A stretch of DNA of 56,048 nucleotides from a virus (Duplodnaviria > Caudoviricetes). Below, one piece after another: positions 43,291 through 52,121 of this stretch. The stretch's first letter is position 1. Each line of letters opens with the position of its first letter. Location: positions 1 through 56,048 of IMG/VR virus record IMGVR_UViG_3300032286_000209; one strand, given 5' to 3'. The position numbers and the translations under genes were made by a program. The notes under the pieces were generated by a model that was given only the letters and a program-made list of their open reading frames with translations, was not told the DNA's origin and ran no database searches.

Positions 43291-45025
43291 TTTACTAGCA
43301 ACCGGCGGCATGATGCAAGAGGGTGGCACTACAGATCCTGTCAGTGGTAATGATGTTCCTATTGGCTCATTGAAAGAAGAAGTTAGGGATGATGTTCCTG
43401 CCCAGCTTAGCCCCGGAGAGTTTGTTTTCCCTGCTGATGTAACTCGCTACATCGGTTTGGATAAGCTTATGCAGATCCGTGAAGCAGCTAAAGAAGGCTT
43501 GAAAGAAATGGAGAGCAAAGGGCAAATGGGCAATTCTGAGGAAGTTGAAGGTGACGCTGTTGATGAAGATAAGTTCTCCACCAACATTGATGAAATTATT
43601 GCTGACCTAGATGGTGATGGCAATAGTGAGCCTAAGAAGTTTGCTGAGGGCGGCTCAGTGAATACATCCGACTACAGCGCTGCTCCCATCAAAGGTTTTA
43701 AGATGGTGCAATATGAGGACGTAGAAACAAAGACAGTTAAGTATATTCCGTTTGTTAATGGCAAAGCTTTGCTCCCCATTCCAAAAGGATACACAGAAAA
43801 GAAAGTGGTTGCTCCGGTTGAGCCAGTAGCGCCTGTTGTGCCTGTCGAGGATCAAGCTGCGCTTGCTAGAGCAGGAGGTGGTGGCGGTGGTGGTCGTGGA
43901 GGTAAATCAGAAATAGAAGGTGGTGGTGTTGCTGGTGAATCCAATGATGCAGGAATAGAAGGCTTTGGTGATATTCAAGGTGGAACAAACCCCAATATAG
44001 GAAGAGTGGCTGGTTTTGTTGCGGGCCTTGCTAATCCCATTTTTGGTCTTGTTGTAAGCGCAGCGTCAGCATATTCTATCAAAGAGAATAATAAAAAAAT
44101 GGCGTCTGCTAATGCACAAGCTATAGATGCCTCTGCCTTAGCTGCTGCGGGCTTTGAAGCAAGATCCATAAAAGCAGCTCAAGAAGCCGCAGCAAAAGCT
44201 ACACTAGAAGGTAAGAGTGCTAAAGACATTGCTGTAGCTGCTGCTAACGCTGCTTCTGAATCTGCTGGGACTGCCCTTAGTAAAAGTATTGATGGCAACT
44301 ATGGGGCAAAAACATCACTTGATGCCCTCCTTGGTATTGTCAATGGATTTAATACAGCCAATAAAGACGTAATGGCAATGCCAAAAGAATTGGCAGATAA
44401 AGTTGAACCAAGAGCTTGGAGCAATGTTGTTAAAGCAATGGAAGATGGACTAACTCCTGAACAGGCCGCTACGCTTTCAATGACGGGAGTAGAGGGAAGT
44501 ATTCCAGCAGGTGAGTACAACAATGTTATTGGGCTTGTGAAAGAGGGATATTCTGTAAGAGAAGCTATAGATACCGTGACAATGAGAGGTATTACAGAAA
44601 CAGACCAAGAAGCTAGAGATGCTGAAGCAGCAGATAGAGAAGCGGCAAATCAAAGAGCTTTGGAAGCAGATAGAGCAGAAGCAGATAGAACAGAAGCAGC
44701 CGACAAAGCAGCTAGAGATCAGGAAAGAGCAGATAGAGAAGCTAGCGATAGAGAGGCAGCAGCTAGAGAAGCAACCAATCAAGCATCTCTGAATGCAGCT
44801 AGAGAAGCAGCCGATAGAGCAGAAGCACAGCAAGCGGCAGCAGATAGAGCAGCACAAGCAGATAGAGAAGCAGCAGATAGAGTAGCACAACAAGCAGCAC
44901 AAGCAGATGCTGATCGAGCGGTTGTTAGGGAATCTAGTAGTGGTCGTGGCGGTAACGAAGCTCCCGGAACTGGCAGCTACGGTGACGCAAAAGGCGATCT
45001 CCGTGGCGGCGGCTTTAACGATTAA
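43277..45025 (+). CDS. Head-associated protein with DDVPAxLSxGEFV domain (candidate maturation protease), three xxxGG tags and an Ala/Asp/Arg coiled-coil tail
   Basis: LATGG/MQEGG/FAEGG; RDDVPAQLSPGEFVFPADVTRYIG; EAADR repeats at 44620-44915; lies between portal and scaffold. Confidence 0.55.
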   Translation: MRTNNLLATGGMMQEGGTTDPVSGNDVPIGSLKEEVRDDVPAQLSPGEFVFPADVTRYIGLDKLMQIREAAKEGLKEMESKGQMGNSEEVEGDAVDEDKFSTNIDEIIADLDGDGNSEPKKFAEGGSVNTSDYSAAPIKGFKMVQYEDVETKTVKYIPFVNGKALLPIPKGYTEKKVVAPVEPVAPVVPVEDQAALARAGGGGGGGRGGKSEIEGGGVAGESNDAGIEGFGDIQGGTNPNIGRVAGFVAGLANPIFGLVVSAASAYSIKENNKKMASANAQAIDASALAAAGFEARSIKAAQEAAAKATLEGKSAKDIAVAAANAASESAGTALSKSIDGNYGAKTSLDALLGIVNGFNTANKDVMAMPKELADKVEPRAWSNVVKAMEDGLTPEQAATLSMTGVEGSIPAGEYNNVIGLVKEGYSVREAIDTVTMRGITETDQEARDAEAADREAANQRALEADRAEADRTEAADKAARDQERADREASDREAAAREATNQASLNAAREAADRAEAQQAAADRAAQADREAADRVAQQAAQADADRAVVRESSSGRGGNEAPGTGSYGDAKGDLRGGGFND

Positions 45026-45167
45026 TATCTCTCAATACAACAGTATATAATATCCATATCTAAACCAGTGGTGGGCTGGTAGATATTCAATAATAACCCA
45101 CCATCATTGGCTAACCTGACTCCCCGATTTATTCGGCTACAGACAAGCCCCAACTTAAAGGTAGTTT

Positions 45168-46025
45168 ATGACAGAAGCAGTATTGGAAAAACAAGAACAG
45201 AAAGTAGCGTTTGCTAGCCGCAACGCTAATCAGGAAAAGATTACTCAAGAGGAAGAAGAGCTTAAGAATCTCATCGATCTGAACAAAGAGGGAAAACCTG
45301 CACCCACTAGTTCAGAAGATGACAGTAACCTCAGCGCAGAAGAGAAGACATTCAAGAAGCGCTATGGCGATCTGAGAAGCCATTCTCAGAAGCAGCAGGT
45401 TCAGCTTCAGAAAGAGATTGATGACCTTCGCTCACAGCTTCAAAAAAGCACCACTAGTCAGATTAAGCTTCCCACCAGCGAAGAAGACTTGGCTGCTTGG
45501 GCAAACGAATATCCTGAAGTTGCCCGTATTGTGGAAACAATTGCCATTAAGAAAGCTAAGGAGCAAGCAGCAGAACTGGCTGACCGCTTCAAAGCTTTGG
45601 ATGAAAGAGAGCAGCAAACTGCTAGAGACAAGGCTGAGGCTGAACTTCTGCGTATCCACCCCGACTTTGAGGCCATTAAAGAAAGTGATGAATTCCATAC
45701 TTGGGTAGAAGAGCAACCCATTTGGATTCAGAATGCTCTGTATGAGAATGACTCAGACGCTAAATCAGCGGCCCGCGCCATTGATTTGTACAAGGCAGAC
45801 AAGGGAATTGGCAAGGCTAAGAAGTCTGATAACAGAGGAGCAGCCGAAAGTGTATCCACTAGAAGCAGCAGATCTGCTCCGTCCAATATGGATTCTGAAG
45901 GCGTAATTTATGAATCACAGGTGAATGCTATGACCTCTCATCAGTATGAAGCCAATCAAGAAGCCATCTCCAAAGCTATCAAGTCTGGGAAATTTGTATA
46001 CGACTTGAGTGGTAATGCACGGTAG
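45168..46025 (+). CDS. Capsid scaffolding protein
   Basis: FKKRYGDLR coiled coil, HPDF, AARAIDLYK, C-terminal AIKSGKFVYDLSG; upstream of MCP. Confidence 0.8.
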   Translation: MTEAVLEKQEQKVAFASRNANQEKITQEEEELKNLIDLNKEGKPAPTSSEDDSNLSAEEKTFKKRYGDLRSHSQKQQVQLQKEIDDLRSQLQKSTTSQIKLPTSEEDLAAWANEYPEVARIVETIAIKKAKEQAAELADRFKALDEREQQTARDKAEAELLRIHPDFEAIKESDEFHTWVEEQPIWIQNALYENDSDAKSAARAIDLYKADKGIGKAKKSDNRGAAESVSTRSSRSAPSNMDSEGVIYESQVNAMTSHQYEANQEAISKAIKSGKFVYDLSGNAR

Positions 46026-46028
46026 GTG

Positions 46029-46056
46029 TTGACACACACTAAAAGTGTGATATAAC
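46029..46056 (+). promoter_or_regulatory. Sigma70-like capsid promoter with a palindromic spacer
   Basis: TTGACA-16 nt-TATAAC, extended TG; CACACT-AAA-AGTGTG in the spacer. Confidence 0.7.
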
Positions 46057-46132
46057 TTTACTTGAGCGAAAAGGGTAGCTCCCCTGATTGTGCCGATTCA
46101 CAGTCTAGCTCTTTGTCTAATCGGAGATACTT

Positions 46133-46633
46133 ATGGATGAAGTAAAGACTTGTCGTGTATGTGGAACATCTAAACCGTGTTCTGATTTTTACAAGAAAAA
46201 AAATGACTGTAAAAAATGTGCAATAGACAGGTCGGCTAGAAATAGTATTTCTTATGTGCCGTTGTACGAAAGAGATATTATTTCTAGGTTCAAGAATCTT
46301 TGCACTAAAGCAAAAGGTAGAGCAAAAGAATTTAGTCTCGTAGATCAAGATTTATTTGATTTATGGGAAAAACAAAACGGTCAATGTGCTTACACTAAAC
46401 TGCCGCTGCTTGCAGCAGCCAACCAGTTTAATACAATGAGTCTTGACAGGGTAGATAGCAGTAAAGGCTATGTTGTTGGTAACATTCAACTAGTCTGTGC
46501 AGCTATCAATAAGATGAAACAAGAGTACACTGAAGAAGTATTCCTTTTGTTTTGTCTGTTAGTAACGCAAAACAGTAAGCTTATAGACTTACCTGATGAT
46601 TTGATAGCCCGACATATTCCTTTGGGCACTTAG
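46133..46633 (+). CDS. Free-standing HNH-like homing endonuclease
   Basis: CRVC/CKKC finger; QNGQCAYT...SLDRVDSSKGYVVGNIQLVC..IN.MK; AT-rich. Confidence 0.85.
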   Translation: MDEVKTCRVCGTSKPCSDFYKKKNDCKKCAIDRSARNSISYVPLYERDIISRFKNLCTKAKGRAKEFSLVDQDLFDLWEKQNGQCAYTKLPLLAAANQFNTMSLDRVDSSKGYVVGNIQLVCAAINKMKQEYTEEVFLLFCLLVTQNSKLIDLPDDLIARHIPLGT

Positions 46634-46718
46634 GAATATGGAGAACCTGTCAGTATCAGCCTCTATAGTGTTGTAAGCGTATTTAAGTATATGCCATACT
46701 ATCTATAGGAGAAATATC

Positions 46719-47789
46719 ATGGCTTTTCCAAAAGCAACTGGTTACGGCAACCTACCCAATGGGAACTTCAGTGCCGTAATCTATTCCAAGCAAGTACAAC
46801 TTGCATTCCGTAAGGCTTCCACTGTTGAAGCTGTGACCAACAACGACTATTTTGGCGAGATTGCCAACATGGGCGATTCGGTTAAAATCATCAAAGAACC
46901 TGAAGTTAGCGTTCAGTCGTATGCTCGTGGCACACAGATCACTGCACAAGACCTGAATGACGAAGACTTCACGCTGGTTGTCGATCAGGCTAACTACTAC
47001 GCCTTCAAGATTGATGACATTGAAGCTGCTCACTCGCATGTCAACTTCATGCAGATGGCTTCTGATCGCGCTGCTTACCGCATCCGTGACCAGTATGACC
47101 AAGACGTTTTGGGCTACCTGTCGGGCTATCAACAGTCTGCCAAGCACACCCAAGCCGGTACTGCCCGCACTACCTTCCCCGGTACTAAGGCACTGACCGA
47201 AGCTGGCTCCAACGAACTGTTGGCTAGCATGCAACTGAAGAAGGGCGACTTCGGCAATATCACCACTGCTTCCGCTGGCGATCACTCCATTCCTTTGGCT
47301 GCTCGTCTGCCCGGAGCTACCGCTCTGCCTACGGCTACGGCTTCTCCTCTGATGGTGATTGCCCGTATGAATCGTTTGCTTGATCAACAGTTTGTTGACT
47401 CGCAAGGTCGTTGGTTGATCGTTGACCCCATCTTCATGGAACTGTTGAAAGACGAAGACAGCCGTTTGCTTAACAGCGACTTCGGCGGTGCTGGTCTGCA
47501 AAACGGTTTGGTGGTGAACAACCTGCACGGCTTCAAAGTGTATGTGTCCAACAACCTGCCTAAAGTGGGAACTGGCGCTGGCACTACCGGAACAGCTAAC
47601 CAGAACACCAACTTCGGTGTGATCGTTGCTGGTCATCAGTCTGCTGTTGCAACCGCTCAGCAGATCACCAAGACAGAAACCTATCGTGACCCCGATAGCT
47701 TTGCTGACATCGTGCGTGGTATGCACCTCTATGGTCGCAAGATTTTGCGCCCTGAGGGAATTGTCACTGCTAAGTATAACGCTGCTTAA
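46719..47789 (+). CDS. Major capsid protein (N4 gp56-like)
   Basis: LPNGNF...YSK, TNNDYFGEI..GDSVKII, RDPDSFADIVRGMHLYGRKILRP; strong codon bias; SD AGGAG. Confidence 0.93.
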   Translation: MAFPKATGYGNLPNGNFSAVIYSKQVQLAFRKASTVEAVTNNDYFGEIANMGDSVKIIKEPEVSVQSYARGTQITAQDLNDEDFTLVVDQANYYAFKIDDIEAAHSHVNFMQMASDRAAYRIRDQYDQDVLGYLSGYQQSAKHTQAGTARTTFPGTKALTEAGSNELLASMQLKKGDFGNITTASAGDHSIPLAARLPGATALPTATASPLMVIARMNRLLDQQFVDSQGRWLIVDPIFMELLKDEDSRLLNSDFGGAGLQNGLVVNNLHGFKVYVSNNLPKVGTGAGTTGTANQNTNFGVIVAGHQSAVATAQQITKTETYRDPDSFADIVRGMHLYGRKILRPEGIVTAKYNAA

Positions 47790-47800
47790 GGAGAACATAA

Positions 47801-48295
47801 ATGGCAACTATTACCACTCTCTCTAATGCTGTCGGTGCAGGTACATCACCTGTCCGTTCTGTCCGCAACATGCCCTATGTGGTTGAAAATACCATTAGCT
47901 TGGCTGCGGCTGTAACAGCAAAAGGCTCGGCACTTGCCGCTGCTGATGTCATCGAAGCTCTGCAAATCCCCGCACAATCCATTGTGTTGGCTGCTGGCTT
48001 TGAGATTACATCTGCTGTGACAGGTAGCTGCACAGTGAGCTTGGGCGTTACTGGTGTAACCGCCGCCGCCTACGTCTCTGCCTTTGGTGTGACAGGTTCC
48101 CTCTCTGTTGGTGATTATGCAACACCAGCTACTGCGGGTTATCCTATCGTGACCAAAGCTGCTGACACGCTGGACTTGCTGCTTGTCACTGAGACTACAA
48201 CTCTCAGCGCTGGCTCCATCCGTGTGTTTGCTGTCATCGTTGATGCAGCAGACAGAGTTGGCCCTGCCTCGGTAGATCGTGAACAGTTGGCTTAA
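47801..48295 (+). CDS. Putative capsid decoration/cement protein
   Basis: Directly after MCP, strong SD, beta-rich, followed by a terminator. Confidence 0.6.
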   Translation: MATITTLSNAVGAGTSPVRSVRNMPYVVENTISLAAAVTAKGSALAAADVIEALQIPAQSIVLAAGFEITSAVTGSCTVSLGVTGVTAAAYVSAFGVTGSLSVGDYATPATAGYPIVTKAADTLDLLLVTETTTLSAGSIRVFAVIVDAADRVGPASVDREQLA

Positions 48296-48312
48296 GCGCT
48301 AACTACCTGAAT

Positions 48313-48348
48313 AGGGGCAGCTTCCACAAGAGGTTGCCCCTTTCTTTT
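48313..48348 (+). terminator. Intrinsic terminator
   Basis: AGGGGCAGCTT-loop-AGGTTGCCCCT followed by TTCTTTT. Confidence 0.85.
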
Positions 48349-48361
48349 CTAAAGGACTAAC

Positions 48362-48805
48362 ATGGCTATTACTTCCGCAGTATGCACAAGCTTTAAGAAG
48401 GAGCTTCTTGAGCGAAAGCACGACTTCAATGCAACCTCTGGTCATACATTTAAGCTTGCTCTCTTCACTTCTGCTGCCACTCTAGGTGCTTCCACTACAG
48501 CCTACACCACCACTAACGAAGTTGTTGGTACAGGCTATACAGCCGGTGGAGTTACACTTACTAACATTGACCCCACTTCTAGTGGCACTACAGCATTTAT
48601 TGACTTTGCAGATGCTACATTTTCTAGTGCAACTATCACTGCTGCTGGTGCTTTGATTTATAACACTACCACTGATGGTGGAACTGGAACGACTAACGCA
48701 GTTGCTGTAATTTCTTTTGGTGGTGATAAGACATCTACCAACGGCGACTTCGTTGTTCAATTCCCAACAGCAGACGCAACTAACGCAATTGTAAGAATTG
48801 CTTAA
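48362..48805 (+). CDS. Conserved virion structural protein
   Basis: TSFKKELL...FKLALFT...NEV.GTGYTAGG...ALIYN...FGGDKTS. Confidence 0.75.
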   Translation: MAITSAVCTSFKKELLERKHDFNATSGHTFKLALFTSAATLGASTTAYTTTNEVVGTGYTAGGVTLTNIDPTSSGTTAFIDFADATFSSATITAAGALIYNTTTDGGTGTTNAVAVISFGGDKTSTNGDFVVQFPTADATNAIVRIA

Positions 48806-48814
48806 GGTGGTTCA

Positions 48815-49693
48815 ATGGCTCTAGTCCTTGATGACCGCGTACAGGAGACCAGTACAACTACTGGCACTGGAACCTTAACGCTTGCCGGTGCTGTATCAGG
48901 CTATCAGTCATTCGCTGCTATTGGCAATGGCAACACAACTTACTACTGCGTCACTGACGGCACAAATTGGGAGACCGGACTAGGCACATACACCTCATCC
49001 GGTACAACGCTTGCAAGGACAACGGTTCTGGAGTCAAGCAATTCCAACAGCTTGGTCAACTTTCCAGCAGGAAGCAAAAACGTCTTTGTGACGTACCCAG
49101 CAAGCCAAGCAACGCTGCTTGATGCAGCCCAGACGTTGACAAACAAGACGCTGACAAGCCCTACCATAACAGGCGCTGTTGTGAGTTCAATGGCAAGCAG
49201 TGTCATTACGGCAGGAACTGTTGTTGCATCTACCAGCGGAACAAGCGTAGGATTCACCAATATTCCGAGCTGGGTAAAACGAATTACATTGCAATTGTAT
49301 GCAGTATCAACAGATGGCACATCTGGAAATTTAACTGTGCAGTTTGGGACAGGAGGCACACCGACATACGTTACATCTGGATATAACGGTACGTCATCAA
49401 TTATTAGGGGTTCAACATCAACTGTAAGCGCAGCCGCTATTAGTTCTGGGTTTGATTTGTTAAGGGGGTTGGCTAATACAGCATTTACATCTGGAGCATT
49501 TGTTTTTACTTTGGTGGATTCAGCAACAGATAAATGGATTTGTTCTGCGGTAATTGCAAGAAGCGATGAGGCAACTACAATTTTTACCGCAGGGTATATT
49601 GATTTGTCTAGTGCTTTAACCGCTGTTAGGCTGACAACTACTACCGGCGTTAATAGTTTTGACTCTGGTTCTTTGAACATCCTGTACGAGTAA
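48815..49693 (+). CDS. Head/tail fibre protein
   Basis: DRVQETSTTTGTG N-terminal module, QTLTNKTLTSP linker, C-terminal IPSWVKRIT...FDSG domain. Confidence 0.7.
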   Translation: MALVLDDRVQETSTTTGTGTLTLAGAVSGYQSFAAIGNGNTTYYCVTDGTNWETGLGTYTSSGTTLARTTVLESSNSNSLVNFPAGSKNVFVTYPASQATLLDAAQTLTNKTLTSPTITGAVVSSMASSVITAGTVVASTSGTSVGFTNIPSWVKRITLQLYAVSTDGTSGNLTVQFGTGGTPTYVTSGYNGTSSIIRGSTSTVSAAAISSGFDLLRGLANTAFTSGAFVFTLVDSATDKWICSAVIARSDEATTIFTAGYIDLSSALTAVRLTTTTGVNSFDSGSLNILYE

Positions 49694-49696
49694 GCC

Positions 49697-49834
49697 ATGA
49701 CTGCACCTACACGAATTGAAGTTAACGTCCAGACCGGCGAGGTCAGAGAGATTGAACTGCAAGGCGAAGAACTCGCTGCATACGAAGCTGCGTTGGCTGC
49801 CCAAGCTGAAGGCGGCGCTCCACCGGCTGACTAA
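49697..49834 (+). CDS. Small fibre-associated chaperone-like protein
   Basis: Read manually: RIEVNVQTGEVREIEL..EE.AA. Confidence 0.65.
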   Translation: MTAPTRIEVNVQTGEVREIELQGEELAAYEAALAAQAEGGAPPAD

Positions 49835-49836
49835 CC

Positions 49837-51063
49837 ATGTTCGGTCTTGCGCCATTTGGTACACCATTCAGCGCAGTACCTGACAATACTAGCGTCCCAG
49901 CGGGGGATTATGAGTATGACGCTAAATATGGTGTAGGAAGATACGGTGACTCCCGATATGGGTTTACTGGTCTTAGTTATGTTCCTGACGGAGTATCAGC
50001 AACCAGTGCTGTAGGTAGCATAACTGTCTCTGCTGAGTCTGTCACTTCTCTTACGGGAGTGTCAGCTACAGCTAGTATAGGTAGTGTTGTTGTAGCAGCT
50101 AAAGCTGTTGCTGCTGTAACTGGTGTAGCTGCAACAGGCAGCGTTGGTAGCTTATCTGTAGCTGCTGCTGCAAATACTTCACTCACTGGAGTGGAAGCTA
50201 CAGCCAGCGTAGGAAGCATCACTGTAGTTGCTAAAGCTGTCACTTCTCTTACGGGAGTGTCAGCTACAGCTAGTGTAGGAAGCATCACTATAGTTGCTAA
50301 AGCTGTCACTTCTCTTACGGGAGTGTCAGCTACAGCTAGTATAGGTAGTGTTGTTGTAGCAGCTAAAGCTGTTGCTGCTGTAACTGGTGTATCAACAACA
50401 GCCAGCGTAGGAAGTATTAATGTAGCAGCTAAAGCTGTTGTTCCAGTATCTGGTGTTGAGGCTACAGGAAATGTAGGAAGTACAACAATAGCTGCTGCGG
50501 CTGTTGCCGCTGTAACTGGTGTTGAAGCTACAGCATCTGTAGGAGAAGTAACTACAAGAACTATTAATAGAATTCCTGTAGATGGAGTAGAGGCTACAGC
50601 TAGTGTTGGCGATATAACAGTAGTAGCTAAAGCGCTTACTTTAGTAGATGGTATTGAAGCAACAGCCTCTATTGGATCTGTTGAGGTGGTGGCAAAAGCT
50701 GTTGCAGCAGTAACAGGAGTAGATGCTACAGCGAGTATTGGAAGTGTCAGTGTAGCAGTTGGTGTTGTTATACCGCTTGAAGGTGTATCTGGTATAACCC
50801 AGCTTGGTAGTGTTATAATAACTACTACATCATTTAATTATGCTGCTGTCGCTTCTCAGTATTTTAGAAACAGAACAGTATATGTTGAGAGACATACACT
50901 GAGTAAAGACAGGACAGTAATGGTGGCACAGGAGATTAGGAAAGTTTATGTTGAGGCTAGATCAACTACAGGAATGCGTACATCTCATGTGTCCTTGTTA
51001 CCAAGAAAAGCATATATGTATAGAAAGACAACTTCTTCAGATAGAAGTGTGCTAGTAGCTTAA
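49837..51063 (+). CDS. Virion fibre-like protein with tandem 22-aa repeats
   Basis: About 12-13 copies of (T/L)GVxATASxGSxxVxAKA; exact 36-nt DNA repeats at 50041, 50239, 50305. Confidence 0.75.
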   Translation: MFGLAPFGTPFSAVPDNTSVPAGDYEYDAKYGVGRYGDSRYGFTGLSYVPDGVSATSAVGSITVSAESVTSLTGVSATASIGSVVVAAKAVAAVTGVAATGSVGSLSVAAAANTSLTGVEATASVGSITVVAKAVTSLTGVSATASVGSITIVAKAVTSLTGVSATASIGSVVVAAKAVAAVTGVSTTASVGSINVAAKAVVPVSGVEATGNVGSTTIAAAAVAAVTGVEATASVGEVTTRTINRIPVDGVEATASVGDITVVAKALTLVDGIEATASIGSVEVVAKAVAAVTGVDATASIGSVSVAVGVVIPLEGVSGITQLGSVIITTTSFNYAAVASQYFRNRTVYVERHTLSKDRTVMVAQEIRKVYVEARSTTGMRTSHVSLLPRKAYMYRKTTSSDRSVLVA

Positions 51064-51072
51064 GGAAAAATA

Positions 51073-51390
51073 ATGTCGTTTAGATGGCCTAATAAAGACC
51101 CAGATGAAATTCTTGACTTCAGTGTAGACTGGTCTAGATGGCTAGGCACTGCCACTATTAGTTCTGTCATTTGGCATGTGGACGATTCTTCAGGCGTTAA
51201 GACAGCCCTCACTGCTGGCAACACAGTGAATGGGATACAGAATGTAGCCCAGACAATTAGCGGAGATGTTGCCACCATCAATCTTGGACTAGGCACAAAT
51301 AACACAGAATACAAATTTACTTGCCAGATCACTGACAATGTGGGAAATGTTGTAGAGCGTGTGATAAGACTCAGAGTTAAGGAACAATAA
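51073..51390 (+). CDS. Putative fibre adaptor/virion protein
   Basis: WPNKDPDEILDFSVDW motif. Confidence 0.65.
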   Translation: MSFRWPNKDPDEILDFSVDWSRWLGTATISSVIWHVDDSSGVKTALTAGNTVNGIQNVAQTISGDVATINLGLGTNNTEYKFTCQITDNVGNVVERVIRLRVKEQ

Positions 51391-51391
51391 T

Positions 51392-52120
51392 ATGGCTTAC
51401 AATTTTCTTGACCTAACTAACGAAGTAAACAGAAGCTTTAATGAGGTTGAGCTTACCTCTTCTAATTTCTCTACAGCCACAGGATTCTACGCTAAAGTTA
51501 AAGACTCAATCAACACAGCTATTCGTGATATCAATCACACCCACTATGAGTGGCCTTTCAATCATGTACTAGCAGAAGAAACCCTGTCTGCTGGAACAAT
51601 CAGATACGCATATCCAACTGATGCAAATACACTTGACTATGATACTTTTAGAATTAAAGAAGATGCCACTCTTGGGAACAGGACAATTAAACTGTCTTCT
51701 ATTTCATACGAAGATTATCTAGACCGATACATCGATCACGAATACACAACGGATACAAACAAAAGGACAGTGCCTACTTTTGTCTTTCAAACACCTAGCC
51801 TAGAATATGGTGTTGTTCCAGCGCCTGATCAAGCATATGAACTTTTGTATGAGTATTACAGAGTACCTGTTGATCTAGAAAGCTATGACGATGTTCCTGA
51901 TATCCCTGAAAGATTCAGACATGTCATTGTAGATGGCGCTATGTTCTATGCCTACATGTTCAGAGGCAACGAACAATCTGCTAACATAGCCAAACAGAAA
52001 TATGAAGAAGGCATAAAGCGTATGCGTAGCATGCTTGTCAATCGCTACAGTTATGTAAGATCGGGCATGATTATTCCTGCTAGTGGATCCATTAGATCCT
52101 TTGGGGACAGGGTTAAGTAA
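51392..52120 (+). CDS. Head-to-tail adaptor (tail tubular protein A-like)
   Basis: FLDLTNEV..., WPF, PAPDQAY, IPERFRHVIVDGA. Confidence 0.75.
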   Translation: MAYNFLDLTNEVNRSFNEVELTSSNFSTATGFYAKVKDSINTAIRDINHTHYEWPFNHVLAEETLSAGTIRYAYPTDANTLDYDTFRIKEDATLGNRTIKLSSISYEDYLDRYIDHEYTTDTNKRTVPTFVFQTPSLEYGVVPAPDQAYELLYEYYRVPVDLESYDDVPDIPERFRHVIVDGAMFYAYMFRGNEQSANIAKQKYEEGIKRMRSMLVNRYSYVRSGMIIPASGSIRSFGDRVK

Positions 52121-52121
52121 C

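Noticed and set aside
44620-44915. GCAGATAGAG-type tandem repeats
   Set aside because: Coding low-complexity coiled coil (EAADR); not a separate element.
46752-47807. 351-aa antisense ORF over the capsid gene
   Set aside because: Shadow ORF caused by strong codon bias of the highly expressed MCP; no SD or protein motifs.
48943-49698. 251-aa antisense ORF, and similar minus-strand ORFs across the late arm (e.g. 9778-10404, 37308-37868, 55421-55891)
   Set aside because: Reverse-frame shadows of Thr/Ala/Ser- or Lys-rich structural genes.
49980-50760. Regularly spaced DNA repeats resembling a CRISPR array
   Set aside because: The period is 66 nt, in frame, and encodes 22-aa protein repeats; no unique spacers or cas genes.
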